Positions 1-9,112 of a DNA stretch of 64,000 nt are shown piece after piece. The position numbers and the translations under genes are program-made. Source of the stretch: a phage. The number at the start of each line of letters is the position of its first letter. Position 1 is the first letter of the stretch. The DNA lies in sequence record PZ445517.1. One strand, written 5' to 3'. The notes under the pieces were generated by a model, which worked only from the letters and a program-made list of their open reading frames with translations, ran no database searches and was not told the origin of the DNA.

Positions 1-618
1 CTGTTGGGTGTTCTAGATCGCTTGTTCAAAGATAACGCTACCGGGAAAGTTCTTGCTTCCCGGGTAGCTGTCGTAATTCTTTTGTTTATAATGGCGATTG
101 TTTGGTATAGGGGAGATAGTTTCTTTGAGTACTATAAGCAATCAAAGTATGAAACATACAGTGAAATTATTGAAAAGGAAAGAAATGCACGCTTTGAATC
201 TGTCGTCCTGGAACAACTCCAGATAGTTCACATATCATCTGAGGCAGACTTTAGTGCGGTGTATTCTTTCCGCCCTAAAAACTTAAACTATTTTGTTGAT
301 ATTATAGCATACGAAGGAAAATTACCTTCAACAATAAGTGAAAAATCACTTGGAGAATATCCTGTTGATAAAACTATGGATGAATATACAGTTCATTTAA
401 ATGGACGTCATTATTATTCCGACTCAAAATTTGCTTTTTTACCAACTAAAAAGCCTACTCCCGAAATAAATTACATGTACAGTTGTCCATATTTCAATTT
501 GGATAATATCTATGCTGGAACAATAACCATGTACTGGTATAGAAATGATCATATAAGTAATGACCGCCTTGAATCAATATGTTCTCAGGCGGCCAGAATA
601 TTAGGAAGGGCTAAATAA
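1..618 (+). CDS. t: holin T (lysis timing protein), 5'-partial at window edge
   Basis: ORF is open to position 1 (track start at 4 is a TTG); product ...YSCPYFNLDNIYAGTITMYWYRNDHISNDRLESICSQAARILGRAK matches the T4 holin as recalled; N-terminal TM segment VAVVILLFIMAIVWY. Confidence 0.85.
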   Translation: MLGVLDRLFKDNATGKVLASRVAVVILLFIMAIVWYRGDSFFEYYKQSKYETYSEIIEKERNARFESVVLEQLQIVHISSEADFSAVYSFRPKNLNYFVDIIAYEGKLPSTISEKSLGEYPVDKTMDEYTVHLNGRHYYSDSKFAFLPTKKPTPEINYMYSCPYFNLDNIYAGTITMYWYRNDHISNDRLESICSQAARILGRAK

Positions 619-891
619 TTATTTGTTTGTATACATCTCTAGATATCGATATACACCCTCAAAACCCTCGTTGAATTCGTCGATGAGGGTTTTCTTATCT
701 TCTTGGGTTAATTCAGAAACAATTTTACGGAATGAATTCTGATTTAACTTTCTACCTTCATGCGTTACTCCAATCTCATTCAGAAATGCAATAAAATTAG
801 CACGATTCTCAACAATATCTTCTCTGGAAAATTTAATCAAAATAGACGCAACAGTAATAATTTCACGAACTGTATCAATGTTTTTATTCAT
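619..891 (-). CDS. asiA: anti-sigma-70 factor AsiA
   Basis: 90 aa, MNKNIDTVREIITVASILIKFSREDIVENRANF...; length and sequence match T4 AsiA as recalled. Confidence 0.9.
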   Translation of the reverse strand: MNKNIDTVREIITVASILIKFSREDIVENRANFIAFLNEIGVTHEGRKLNQNSFRKIVSELTQEDKKTLIDEFNEGFEGVYRYLEMYTNK

Positions 892-1052
892 TAACTATAC
901 CACTCAATTAGTTGACTTTATTATAATATCATCAGACACTTGATTTGTAAACTGGTCTGTGTTATTTTCTTCAAAAATTTTTTCTACGAATTCATTGAAC
1001 GACTCGCGTTCCTGAGCTACATTATGCTCGATTACCTTTTCAAGATTATGAC

Positions 1053-1331
1053 TCATTCAAAATAATCTTCAATTTCGTAATCATGGACATAAATCATTAT
1101 AGTTTTTAATACATCATCAATACTTTTTCCTGGAGCTGGAATTACGTAAAAATACCCCGCCTTTGAGTTATCTTTATAAGTTCCAACCAAGAAATCATTA
1201 TTTTCAAGATGTAGTTCTTCAACTAATTCATCGACAATTGAGTGGTATAAATTTGGTAGAAACTTATATAGCTTTTCTAGAATGTCAATTTTGATTGTAT
1301 ATTGAACCACAGATTGAGAATCAATAATCAT
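1053..1331 (-). CDS. arn: Arn-like anti-restriction protein (McrBC inhibitor), acidic 92 aa
   Basis: 92 aa acidic protein at the T4 arn position between asiA and motA; length matches T4 Arn; assignment by synteny and length only. Confidence 0.45.
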   Translation of the reverse strand: MIIDSQSVVQYTIKIDILEKLYKFLPNLYHSIVDELVEELHLENNDFLVGTYKDNSKAGYFYVIPAPGKSIDDVLKTIMIYVHDYEIEDYFE

Positions 1332-1414
1332 AGACCTTCCCCTTATGTTTCTGTTTACGATTAGATTCTTTAAACGCTTTCTTCTTATCTTTATGAACAG
1401 AAGCTTTATTAAAA

Positions 1415-1633
1415 TTATGTTTTGCGACTAAATTGTTCATAGTGCTGAATTACCTCTCTTAAACATTTGCATGTGAATGAAAACTTTTTAGCTACACCAC
1501 ACTCAAATATATGTTCTCTTAAATCACGTGTGTCAGTATATCCCATCTCAACGATAAAGTGCCGTATTAGATTTTTATCTTTATCGTTGAGAGAATTAAA
1601 ATAATCTGATTTTGAATTAATTTCCCTGGCCAA
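1415..1633 (-). CDS. hypothetical protein, 72 aa (arn-motA interval)
   Basis: ORF in minus-strand gene array; stop overlaps start of next ORF. Confidence 0.35.
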   Translation of the reverse strand: MAREINSKSDYFNSLNDKDKNLIRHFIVEMGYTDTRDLREHIFECGVAKKFSFTCKCLREVIQHYEQFSRKT

Positions 1634-1913
1634 ATTGAATCACCTTCAGTTGACGTTTTAGCTCTTTTATCATCTCTTCGTTCATCGCAATATAAAGATC
1701 ACGTAAAGCAGGTTTTAACATTCCATTTATTGGGGAACTAAATGGACATACATAATCTTTTCCTACGAGCTTTTTAGTTAATTCCATATCACAAAACTGA
1801 AATGCAGGTTCATTAGCATAAATTCCCCAATTAGTTGACATCATTTTATTGGCATATTCCAACGCCTGGATTTGATTAGTAATTCCGTCAATTTGAAACT
1901 TTTTAATATTCAT
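1617..1913 (-). CDS. hypothetical protein, 98 aa
   Basis: ORF in array; start overlaps stop of upstream ORF by 1 nt. Confidence 0.35.
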   Translation of the reverse strand: MNIKKFQIDGITNQIQALEYANKMMSTNWGIYANEPAFQFCDMELTKKLVGKDYVCPFSSPINGMLKPALRDLYIAMNEEMIKELKRQLKVIQFGQGN

Positions 1914-2374
1914 TAGTAAAGGTCCTCAGAGTAAAGTTCTTTTTCACTACCACCGCGTTCAATACGTACTTGTCCAGCGTAAGTTGCAATAATCATTGCT
2001 TCTTCACGTGTCCAATAATTACTGTATTGGTCAATAAACCCTTGATCATCATCACAAACTTGCTGAGTAACTAATTGAGGTTTAACTACATCTAAAACTG
2101 CTGCCATGTCTTTAGAATAATGACGAGCACCTGGAATAACAAGAGTTCGTCCATCTTTTAATTTAAAACGGTTGGCTGCGCAAACAATTCGTCGTTGATA
2201 CTTTTGGTTTTCGTCCCAATATGCAGACTGCCAACAGATTTCAGGAACTTCTTTCAGAATATCTTCTTCTGTGCATTTATAACCATGCGCTTTAAATTTT
2301 TCAACAAGACTTTCTGGAGTTTCACGAGATAAAGGAACATTCAGCATTTTTAAACGATTAATAAATGGGTTCAT
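1913..2374 (-). CDS. hypothetical protein, 153 aa
   Basis: ORF in array, 4-nt ATGA-type overlap with the upstream ORF. Confidence 0.4.
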   Translation of the reverse strand: MNPFINRLKMLNVPLSRETPESLVEKFKAHGYKCTEEDILKEVPEICWQSAYWDENQKYQRRIVCAANRFKLKDGRTLVIPGARHYSKDMAAVLDVVKPQLVTQQVCDDDQGFIDQYSNYWTREEAMIIATYAGQVRIERGGSEKELYSEDLY

Positions 2375-2700
2375 TTAAACCATCCTTTAATACGTTGCCA
2401 CAAAGTTTTCTGTTGAGCTTTGTTAACACCAATTGAGCGAATAACTGGTTGAGATTCCTGGAATTCTTTATAATCAGCAAGGTAAATTTCGTAAGCTGAA
2501 TCTGTAAAGGAACTTATCGCTGCCATGAAATTATTGCGAATACCTACTGGAGCATCTTTACTTTCACGAATAATCATGTATTTACCAGTCTTAATCTTTA
2601 CGATAGTTCCAAGATAAGCTCCATGGTACCAGATGTCCCAACCCTCTTGAGTAGGTTCTGCGCAACGACGAAGTTCATTAACAATTTCTAACTTGTTCAT
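2371..2700 (-). CDS. hypothetical protein, 109 aa (motA.1 position)
   Basis: ORF immediately downstream of motA in the same orientation. Confidence 0.4.
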   Translation of the reverse strand: MNKLEIVNELRRCAEPTQEGWDIWYHGAYLGTIVKIKTGKYMIIRESKDAPVGIRNNFMAAISSFTDSAYEIYLADYKEFQESQPVIRSIGVNKAQQKTLWQRIKGWFK

Positions 2701-2710
2701 TATTTATTCC

Positions 2711-3346
2711 TCACAGTTCAGATGCTACAGTGATTACAGCTTCAATGTTTTCTGCCGAGCGTTTAATGTCAAGATACACATTACCGTTTTTAGCGATTTT
2801 ACATGACATTCCGATGTCAGTAAATTTCTGAATATGATGTTCCATCATTTTGTATCCAAAAATTCGCATATTTCCGTTGTTGTTAATTTCAAAATTACGA
2901 ATTCCGTGAGTGCGTTTTTCTAAAATAGCGAGATAGTTACTGCGATAAGTTTCAACCTTTTTAAGAACAAATCCATTTTCATCTAAAAGTTTTAACATGA
3001 GGTCTTTATCTTCTTCCATATCTGAAGTAATCTCGCGAGCTTTACGAGTTGCTCGTTTTTTCAGTAGTTCCGGAGCATTTTCCTGTGCATATAAAGTTGC
3101 TGCATTTGAAATAATATCCTGAGCTTCACCTGTAATGATTAATCCATCACCAGATTTCTCCACTAGGCCTTTTTTAATCAATACCCCAATATTACTATTA
3201 ACTACTGCGTTACCTAAATCTGGATGTACCTCACGAACTTCTGCAGCTGTAATGAAATCTTTCTTAGCAATGGTAATTAAAATCGCAGCAGTTTTTTCAT
3301 TCAGAACATCGTTAGAAGCTTTGATGATGTAAGTTACTTTAGACAT
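2711..3346 (-). CDS. motA: middle-transcription activator MotA
   Basis: 211 aa, MSKVTYIIKASNDVLNEKTAAILITIAKKDFITAAEVREVHPDLGN...; length and sequence match T4 MotA as recalled. Confidence 0.85.
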   Translation of the reverse strand: MSKVTYIIKASNDVLNEKTAAILITIAKKDFITAAEVREVHPDLGNAVVNSNIGVLIKKGLVEKSGDGLIITGEAQDIISNAATLYAQENAPELLKKRATRKAREITSDMEEDKDLMLKLLDENGFVLKKVETYRSNYLAILEKRTHGIRNFEINNNGNMRIFGYKMMEHHIQKFTDIGMSCKIAKNGNVYLDIKRSAENIEAVITVASEL

Positions 3347-3387
3347 TTTCTAATCTCCGTAATTCTGTATCAGTAGTTGATAGTTGT

Positions 3388-3417
3388 ATAGTACCACAGT
3401 ATGCTTTGGTTGTAAAC
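3388..3417 (-). promoter_or_regulatory. T4-type early (sigma-70) promoter upstream of motA
   Basis: minus strand reads GTTTAC (3412-3417 rc), 18 nt, TACTAT (3388-3393 rc); member of a repeated promoter cassette. Confidence 0.6.
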
Positions 3418-3447
3418 CTTTTTGTGAAAAAATTTTTGGAATAAAAA

Positions 3448-3468
3448 AGGGAGAGCCGAGGCTCTCCC
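3448..3468 (-). terminator. intrinsic terminator hairpin
   Basis: gggagagc-cgag-gctctccc stem-loop; on minus strand followed by TTTTTTATT. Confidence 0.55.
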
Positions 3469-3473
3469 TAAAA

Positions 3474-3623
3474 TTAATGCATGACTGTGATAACTGTCAT
3501 GATAACACGTTGAATGCCGAACGCAAGAAGACCTCCTGCTACAGCTGGAACAACACCTAAACCTGTCAGTAAAATGCTACCAGATACTAATGCCGCGCTT
3601 GTAATACCTATAAATGGACTCAT
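3474..3623 (-). CDS. small hydrophobic peptide, 49 aa
   Basis: hand-translated MSPFIGITSAALVSGSILLTGLGVVPAVAGGLLAFGIQRVIMTVITVMH; ATG overlaps the gene 52 stop (ATGA); below the ORF-track size cutoff. Confidence 0.35.
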   Translation of the reverse strand: MSPFIGITSAALVSGSILLTGLGVVPAVAGGLLAFGIQRVIMTVITVMH

Positions 3624-4948
3624 TTGATTTCCTCTAAATCTTTGGTGTATTCTGTAACTACATCAGTAGTTTTCCAATATTCGTTTTCTTCTTTCTTAGC
3701 TTTAGCTTCTTCAGCAAGTTTCTTTGCTTCATCGGAAGTCATATGAAAAATATTCATTCCGACTAGTTTATCAACATAAGAAGAATACATATCAATTTTA
3801 GAAAGTTCTTCGGTTAGTTCTTTGCGAGTTTTACCTTGCACAACAATTTCACCTGAAATTACTTTCTTAATGAAATGCGCCTTGGCAAAGGCTAAACGAA
3901 ATGCTGATTCAGTTTCTTTGATTTTGTTATCAATTCGTTTTTGGACATAAGTTTTACGAACTTCAACAAAGTCTTTAATTAAATCAACTACGTTATCGTA
4001 AACTTGCAGCTTTCCTTTCTCATTAATGACTGTAATATTCTGAGAACGACGCTCAATCAACCCGAAGTCTTTCATAATTTTTGCATGGCGTTCTTCTTCG
4101 TTATCACTCAAAGAATATTCTTTGCGGAATTTAATTTTAAAGCCAAAGCCATGCTCACCGCAAGCATCATCCCATGTAATGAAGCCTTTATCTTCAAGCG
4201 GATCTAAGATTTTACTCACGTAAGTTTCACGATCATACTTATACGGAATCTCAGTGATATTCATTTGAGTTCGTGAAGTAAACTTGTACGTTCCACGAAT
4301 TTCATATTGACCGTCAATTTCAACGACTTCACCACGAAATTCTGGGAATTCTACCTTCGGTTTAGTTACTTTCTTTCCTTGAAGAGCTTGTAGTACAGCT
4401 TTCTTGACAGAAGAAACACTATGAGGAAGAATGTAAGTTGCATAACCAGTTGCAATACCGGAAACACCATTAAGAAGAACAGTAGGAATAATAGGCAAAT
4501 AGAAAGCAGGAGGAATGTGTTCTTTATCTTGATGTACCGGAGCATATTCAGTATCTTTATATACGCTATAGAAATTTTTACTTACACGAGCAAAAATATA
4601 ACGACTTGCTGCTGCTTTTTGAACGGTACGAGAACCAAAGTTTCCTTGACCATCTAACAAAGGAAAGTTATTATTCCAAGTGTTAGCCATCAAAGCCCCC
4701 GCATCTTGTGCAGAGTTTTCGCCATGATGATATCCAAGGTCAGCTACACCACCTGCAATAGAAGCGAGTTTGTGAAACTTATCTTTATTTCCCCGTGCCA
4801 AATCAAGAGCTCGAGCGATAACAAATCGTTGAACTGGCTTAAATCCATCAATCATATTTGGAATAGCACGGTTTTCAACCGTGTACATAGCATAAGCCAA
4901 TGCTTCATTATCAATGATACTTTTTAAATCGCGATTATTCAGTTGCAT
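3620..4948 (-). CDS. 52: DNA topoisomerase II medium subunit (GyrA-like)
   Basis: 442 aa; ...AIPNMIDGFKPVQRFVIARAL... GyrA/ParC-type DNA breakage-reunion motifs; length equals T4 gp52. Confidence 0.9.
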   Translation of the reverse strand: MQLNNRDLKSIIDNEALAYAMYTVENRAIPNMIDGFKPVQRFVIARALDLARGNKDKFHKLASIAGGVADLGYHHGENSAQDAGALMANTWNNNFPLLDGQGNFGSRTVQKAAASRYIFARVSKNFYSVYKDTEYAPVHQDKEHIPPAFYLPIIPTVLLNGVSGIATGYATYILPHSVSSVKKAVLQALQGKKVTKPKVEFPEFRGEVVEIDGQYEIRGTYKFTSRTQMNITEIPYKYDRETYVSKILDPLEDKGFITWDDACGEHGFGFKIKFRKEYSLSDNEEERHAKIMKDFGLIERRSQNITVINEKGKLQVYDNVVDLIKDFVEVRKTYVQKRIDNKIKETESAFRLAFAKAHFIKKVISGEIVVQGKTRKELTEELSKIDMYSSYVDKLVGMNIFHMTSDEAKKLAEEAKAKKEENEYWKTTDVVTEYTKDLEEIK

Positions 4949-4952
4949 AAAT

Positions 4953-5093
4953 TTACCATACTAGTGAATGTAGTGCCATAATAACATCAGAAATGAAAAG
5001 CACGACTTGAATTAATCCGAACATTACTCCATAATATAGTGCTACCAATAAAGCAGCAAGGGCTAATGAATAGCCCAAGATTTTCTTAATCAT
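4953..5093 (-). CDS. small membrane peptide, 46 aa (52.1 position)
   Basis: hand-translated MIKKILGYSLALAALLVALYYGVMFGLIQVVLFISDVIMALHSLVW; ATG sits inside ATGATTAA overlapping the upstream stop. Confidence 0.4.
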   Translation of the reverse strand: MIKKILGYSLALAALLVALYYGVMFGLIQVVLFISDVIMALHSLVW

Positions 5094-5244
5094 TAGTAGA
5101 TAACAACACAAATGTTAAATATGCACACATACCCTGGGCTAAAGCTTGTGAAAACACACTGCTAGCATCAATACAAATAGTTAAAACACATGCTACTATC
5201 CAACAAATAAATGAAATAACTCCTAATAATTTTGCAATATTCAT
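5086..5244 (-). CDS. ac: small membrane protein, acridine-sensitivity (ac)-like, 52 aa
   Basis: hand-translated MNIAKLLGVISFICWIVACVLTICIDASSVFSQALAQGMCAYLTFVLLSTND; GAGGA 4 nt upstream; position and size match T4 ac. Confidence 0.45.
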   Translation of the reverse strand: MNIAKLLGVISFICWIVACVLTICIDASSVFSQALAQGMCAYLTFVLLSTND

Positions 5245-5251
5245 ATTTTCC

Positions 5252-5332
5252 TCACTGGCGTCCGAAGACGCCTTTAGTTTTAAGATTGTTACGATAGAAC
5301 TGCATCACGTGTTCGTTGTGGAAATTACTCAT
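5252..5332 (-). CDS. stp: Stp peptide (26 aa; activator of the host PrrC anticodon nuclease / EcoprrI antirestriction)
   Basis: hand-translated [26 protein letters not shown], matching T4 Stp as recalled; ATG overlaps the ndd stop (TAATG). Confidence 0.65.
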
Positions 5333-5787
5333 TAATACGCCTGCAACACAAATTTAAAGTTATCAGCCAACATACGGTTCATTTCTTCAAGTGTTTGATA
5401 CTCAGAATGATGATTACGAGTAAACGCTAAAGATAACTGACCTTTTCCAAATCCCGTCGTCAAAGGTTTCATCTTAGAAGCAGGTAGATAAAATACTGTG
5501 TATGCAACATTGTTATTCGCAATAGTACGCGCAAGCTGAGACCGACGCTGACGAATATGACTTAGAACTGCACTGAATCCTTGCTTAGAACGCTGATTAC
5601 CTACATAAAACCGCGCCGATACACACGGACTATCAAATGGACCACCAAATTTACTCACTAAAAAGTAAAATCCAGGGTTAGACAAAATGTCTTTATGCGG
5701 AGTTCCAAAAACCCATTCACCGCCCTTGATTGTACCAATAACAGTTGCGCCTGCATTATTCAAATCAGTAACAGTCATATATTTCAT
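5332..5787 (-). CDS. ndd: nucleoid disruption protein Ndd-like
   Basis: 151 aa, same length as T4 Ndd; syntenic (stp downstream, denB upstream). Confidence 0.55.
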
Positions 5788-5846
5788 GTTAATTTCCTCT
5801 AATTATTTTCTACTCCAAGGCCGCATGAATACATACGGCCGATAAA

Positions 5847-6062
5847 TTAATCGTCGCAGTCGACACTTAATTCCCAGAATTCTTCTACAGTATAAGTTTC
5901 AGTATCATTTTCAATACAGAAACGTTCATTACTGTTATTTGCTAAAGTAGCGTTAACTGTCATTTTCTCGCTAGTGCTTTTAAGAGGTGAAATACGAATT
6001 AACTGATCACCACTATCTAAGCAAAAAATTTCACCAACTTTTACATCTTTAAAGATTTTCAT
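5847..6062 (-). CDS. hypothetical protein, 71 aa
   Basis: ORF in ndd-denB interval. Confidence 0.4.
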   Translation of the reverse strand: MKIFKDVKVGEIFCLDSGDQLIRISPLKSTSEKMTVNATLANNSNERFCIENDTETYTVEEFWELSVDCDD

Positions 6063-6177
6063 AATTCACCTCAAGGAGTATAAAACCCAAACGCAGTTGT
6101 TGACCATCCCATCCAATATGGGAAATTTGCACCAATGTAAAATACAAGAATATAAAACCAAATGCTTAGTAAATTCA

Positions 6178-6396
6178 TTATTTTACACCATTCCAAATTG
6201 TTTCAACCACAGATTTTAAGCCATTTTGATGAATGTCCATTCCGACAACTGCCATCAAATAAATTCCAACCACAACTGAACCCAAGGCGAAAATCAGCAT
6301 GAAAATGAATAAAGCTGGAAAAATATTATCGAAAAACCATTCAATAAATGTAAAAGCACTACGTTTACGCTTCATATTTTCCTCACATAAATCCAA
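6178..6396 (-). CDS. hypothetical membrane protein, 72 aa
   Basis: hydrophobic core IFPALFIFMLIFALGSVVVGIYLMAVVG. Confidence 0.4.
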   Translation of the reverse strand: MDLCEENMKRKRSAFTFIEWFFDNIFPALFIFMLIFALGSVVVGIYLMAVVGMDIHQNGLKSVVETIWNGVK

Positions 6397-6496
6397 AGTA
6401 AGCGTTTAATACATCAATCATTAAAACGATTGGGAATATACTCAAAACTACTAGTATTATAACTACATTCCATATAGCTTTAACAATCTTTTTCAT
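6383..6496 (-). CDS. small membrane peptide, 37 aa
   Basis: MKKIVKAIWNVVIILVVLSIFPIVLMIDVLNAYFGFM with GGAGG upstream; the longer track ORF (to 6631) is read-through of the promoter cassette. Confidence 0.35.
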   Translation of the reverse strand: MKKIVKAIWNVVIILVVLSIFPIVLMIDVLNAYFGFM

Positions 6497-6524
6497 TTTC
6501 TGTTCCTCCGTAGTTGATAGTTGT

Positions 6525-6554
6525 ATAGTACCACAGAGGAACAGTCTTGTAAAC
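6525..6554 (-). promoter_or_regulatory. T4-type early promoter
   Basis: GTTTAC (6549-6554 rc), 18 nt, TACTAT (6525-6530 rc); conserved cassette. Confidence 0.6.
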
Positions 6555-6739
6555 AACTTTTTTAAAAATATTCGTAATAAATGTGAATACCAATCACTAC
6601 TGCCGAAACTTGCGCAACCCACCACGCACAAGCAATAAGTACAGAATTAAAAATTTTCATAATAACCTCATCACAAAAGTAAATGTTAAACAAATTAATG
6701 GAATACTAATTAACCAAACAAAACACCACCATAATGAAC

Positions 6740-7012
6740 TCATAGTTCAATCTCAGCGATTTTCATTTCATTACTATTAATAGCCGCTTTAAGACTATCT
6801 GAAAGAATTACATTCCAGTGGTCATTCATATGACCATTAACTAAGCGTGTAATTTCTTCGGGAGTTGAAAAATAAGGCGTATCAGACTCCCAATGCGATA
6901 GTCCCAAGCGAGTATAAATCATACCTTCATCGTCGCTAGAATATTCAACTGACACAAACTCATCAGTTATTTTATGTTTAGCGTAATAAAATTTAAATTT
7001 CATTTTACTCAA
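6740..7012 (-). CDS. hypothetical protein, 90 aa
   Basis: ORF in array. Confidence 0.4.
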   Translation of the reverse strand: MSKMKFKFYYAKHKITDEFVSVEYSSDDEGMIYTRLGLSHWESDTPYFSTPEEITRLVNGHMNDHWNVILSDSLKAAINSNEMKIAEIEL

Positions 7013-7215
7013 TAATCCGCTAAAAGATCGACGATTGCATCACGAAGACACTTATTCGCAATACGTTTAAGAGCAATTTCAGTTTCTGGAGCATTTTGAA
7101 TAATCATTGAATTCAATTCAGCCTCAGCAAACTGAAGTTCTTTAACTAATTCAGCTTTATATTTTCCTTGACCTTTCTTAGCTTTTGCTCGTTTTAATTC
7201 AGCTGTAGTAAACAT
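7009..7215 (-). CDS. hypothetical protein, 68 aa
   Basis: start placed at internal ATG 7213-7215 after GGAG; the track N-terminus is promoter read-through. Confidence 0.4.
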   Translation of the reverse strand: MFTTAELKRAKAKKGQGKYKAELVKELQFAEAELNSMIIQNAPETEIALKRIANKCLRDAIVDLLADY

Positions 7216-7249
7216 TTTTATTCTCCAATCCATATCAGTTGATAGTTGT

Positions 7250-7279
7250 ATAGTACCACGGTCCTTGTGATATGTAAAC
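7250..7279 (-). promoter_or_regulatory. T4-type early promoter
   Basis: GTTTAC (7274-7279 rc), 18 nt, TACTAT (7250-7255 rc). Confidence 0.6.
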
Positions 7280-7295
7280 TGTTTTGTGAAAATTT

Positions 7296-7853
7296 TTAAA
7301 TGGAAAGATACCATCCGTTGTAGTTGCTTTTTCTTACAACCTTACGAAGGTCTTCTCTATCACCGATGAACTTCGGAGTGTACTGGATGACACCTGGATG
7401 AATTTCTTTAGTGTTGAATATAATTATACAGTCAGCGACCTGATGATTCAGAATGGGCCCTAGATTTATTCCAGAACCGTATGGATACTCTCCGCTGCAT
7501 CCTGTTGTTACCGAAATCCAACGTGAGTCAGTTTGATGTGTCTTAACTTCTACACGAAGCCCGCAGTATTTTGGATGCGCCAGTACATCCCACGCATATG
7601 TATACGGGTCATTAACATCCTCTTGGCCTTTGTTAACATACCCGCTTAGCCAATCTGCTACAAAAAACTCTGCATACACAGCGATACGACATCTTTCAAT
7701 AACTTCTGCTTTATCCTGATTCGGATTTTGTTTTAAAGAGTATCTTGCTGTATCAGCAATTTTGACCTTCATTTCACTAGTCAAGTCACTGTTCAATAGG
7801 GTAAATGTCGGAATCTGAAATAGTCTCTGTAAACCCGGATTCGTTTTCTGCAT
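7296..7853 (-). CDS. denB: endonuclease IV (DenB)-like
   Basis: 185 aa, same length as T4 DenB; located just downstream of rIIB as in T4. Confidence 0.5.
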   Translation of the reverse strand: MQKTNPGLQRLFQIPTFTLLNSDLTSEMKVKIADTARYSLKQNPNQDKAEVIERCRIAVYAEFFVADWLSGYVNKGQEDVNDPYTYAWDVLAHPKYCGLRVEVKTHQTDSRWISVTTGCSGEYPYGSGINLGPILNHQVADCIIIFNTKEIHPGVIQYTPKFIGDREDLRKVVRKSNYNGWYLSI

Positions 7854-7918
7854 TAAACTTTCCTTTTACGTCGGAATCACTGATATTCATATAATAAATC
7901 ATAGTTTCCCTTAAAACA

Positions 7919-7936
7919 AAAGGGCCGAAGCCCTTT
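7919..7936 (-). terminator. intrinsic terminator hairpin (reads as a terminator on either strand)
   Basis: aaagggccgaagcccttt; minus strand GGGC-UUCG-GCCC then TTTTGTTTT; plus strand followed by TTTATTTTATTT. Confidence 0.55.
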
Positions 7937-7939
7937 ATT

Positions 7940-8134
7940 TTATTTGAATTGTGCAATTCTTTTCTCTAAACAATCTGCATAAGATTTCATTGAGATAAAC
8001 TGCGAAAGCAACAGTTCTTGCTCAACTGCATTAACCGCTGAAAACTTTTCACTTTCTAAAAATTTGCTCAGTGCATTAATTTTGAGCATTAATTGATCGT
8101 ATTCTTCTTTTACTCGTGCTTGATAACCTAACAT
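7940..8134 (-). CDS. hypothetical protein, 64 aa
   Basis: ORF between rIIB and denB. Confidence 0.4.
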   Translation of the reverse strand: MLGYQARVKEEYDQLMLKINALSKFLESEKFSAVNAVEQELLLSQFISMKSYADCLEKRIAQFK

Positions 8135-8162
8135 AATTTTCCTTAGTTAAGGGCCGAAGCCC

Positions 8163-9101
8163 TTATTTAAATTGTTCAGTAACGTCTTCAACTACTTCAT
8201 ATTGACAGGTACGCATTTTAGCATCGTTGTAATCAATCGGAATTGATACTACATCGCGAGGATGTACTTTAACTTTTACAACTCGGCTGGTTGAACTGCC
8301 AAAGTGACGAATATAAGATTTAGAACACACATGCAGACCACGAGAACAAGTTTGTGTATCATCGTCATTCACACGAGTGCGTGGCATTTTAACTACTTTA
8401 CCAGGACTGTTATCAAAGGTGTTTGAGTGACAGTCAAAGTAATTGCTGCGAACTACTTTCCAAGCATAGAAGTAACCGTCTTCTGTAATTTCAATATCGT
8501 TTGCTACCAAGAAATCAAAGAGTCGAGATACCGCTTTTTGGCTCGGGTTTTCCAGCAGATTTTCCAAGAACGGAAAATAAAATTCAAAGTTTTCGCCTTT
8601 TTCCATCGAATCGAGAATACGATCAACTAAACCAGATCGCAATTCAATGTTTTGATAGAACAAGCTTCCACCTTCAATTCGAACATCACCGGAAATATAT
8701 TTTTCAACAGCGCGACGAACGTTAATTTTTTGTGCCGCTTCTTCCAATTTATCTGCAACAAGCAGGTTAAGAATTTCCTGGAAGTTTGAATGAGTATTAG
8801 GAGTTGCGTTATAAGTTACGCCATCAACAGTAATTGAAATGAATTTTTTAGATGCATTCCAAATAATGTCAGATTTAGCAACTGGAGCAATAGCTACATC
8901 ACTCTTAACTTCAACTGTAATGTCACCGCTAATGGTAACTTTGGAGCGTTCAGCTTCTTCAGCATTTTTCAAAACACGACGGATTGTGTCAACCGATACA
9001 CCTTGCCAATCAGCCAATTCCTGTTGGGTGTAATTACCGCTTGAATACAGTTTGACAATTTCAGCTTGTTCGTTTTTGGTCAGGCATTTAATATTGTACA
9101 T
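8163..9101 (-). CDS. rIIB: rapid-lysis / lysis-inhibition protein rIIB
   Basis: 312 aa, same length as T4 rIIB; immediately downstream of rIIA. Confidence 0.8.
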   Translation of the reverse strand: MYNIKCLTKNEQAEIVKLYSSGNYTQQELADWQGVSVDTIRRVLKNAEEAERSKVTISGDITVEVKSDVAIAPVAKSDIIWNASKKFISITVDGVTYNATPNTHSNFQEILNLLVADKLEEAAQKINVRRAVEKYISGDVRIEGGSLFYQNIELRSGLVDRILDSMEKGENFEFYFPFLENLLENPSQKAVSRLFDFLVANDIEITEDGYFYAWKVVRSNYFDCHSNTFDNSPGKVVKMPRTRVNDDDTQTCSRGLHVCSKSYIRHFGSSTSRVVKVKVHPRDVVSIPIDYNDAKMRTCQYEVVEDVTEQFK

Positions 9102-9112
9102 AATTTTCCTTA

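Noticed and set aside
4004-4927. Plus-strand ORFs (4004..4207, 4421..4657, 4706..4927) inside gene 52
   Set aside because: Antisense to a conserved topoisomerase gene, low-complexity and hydrophobic, no ribosome-binding sites; typical AT-rich antisense artefacts. The same applies to other plus-strand ORFs embedded in large minus-strand genes (for example 13315..13875, 15182..15646, 34511..34921, 37979..38395, 41105..41488).
6383-6631. Recurring GTIQLSTTEEQKM / RGTIQLSTD motif at the N-termini of several track ORFs (6383..6631, 7009..7314, 32686..33255, 59067..59654)
   Set aside because: The motif is the translation of the conserved early-promoter cassette DNA, not a protein domain; true starts are the internal ATGs after the GGAG(G) sites.
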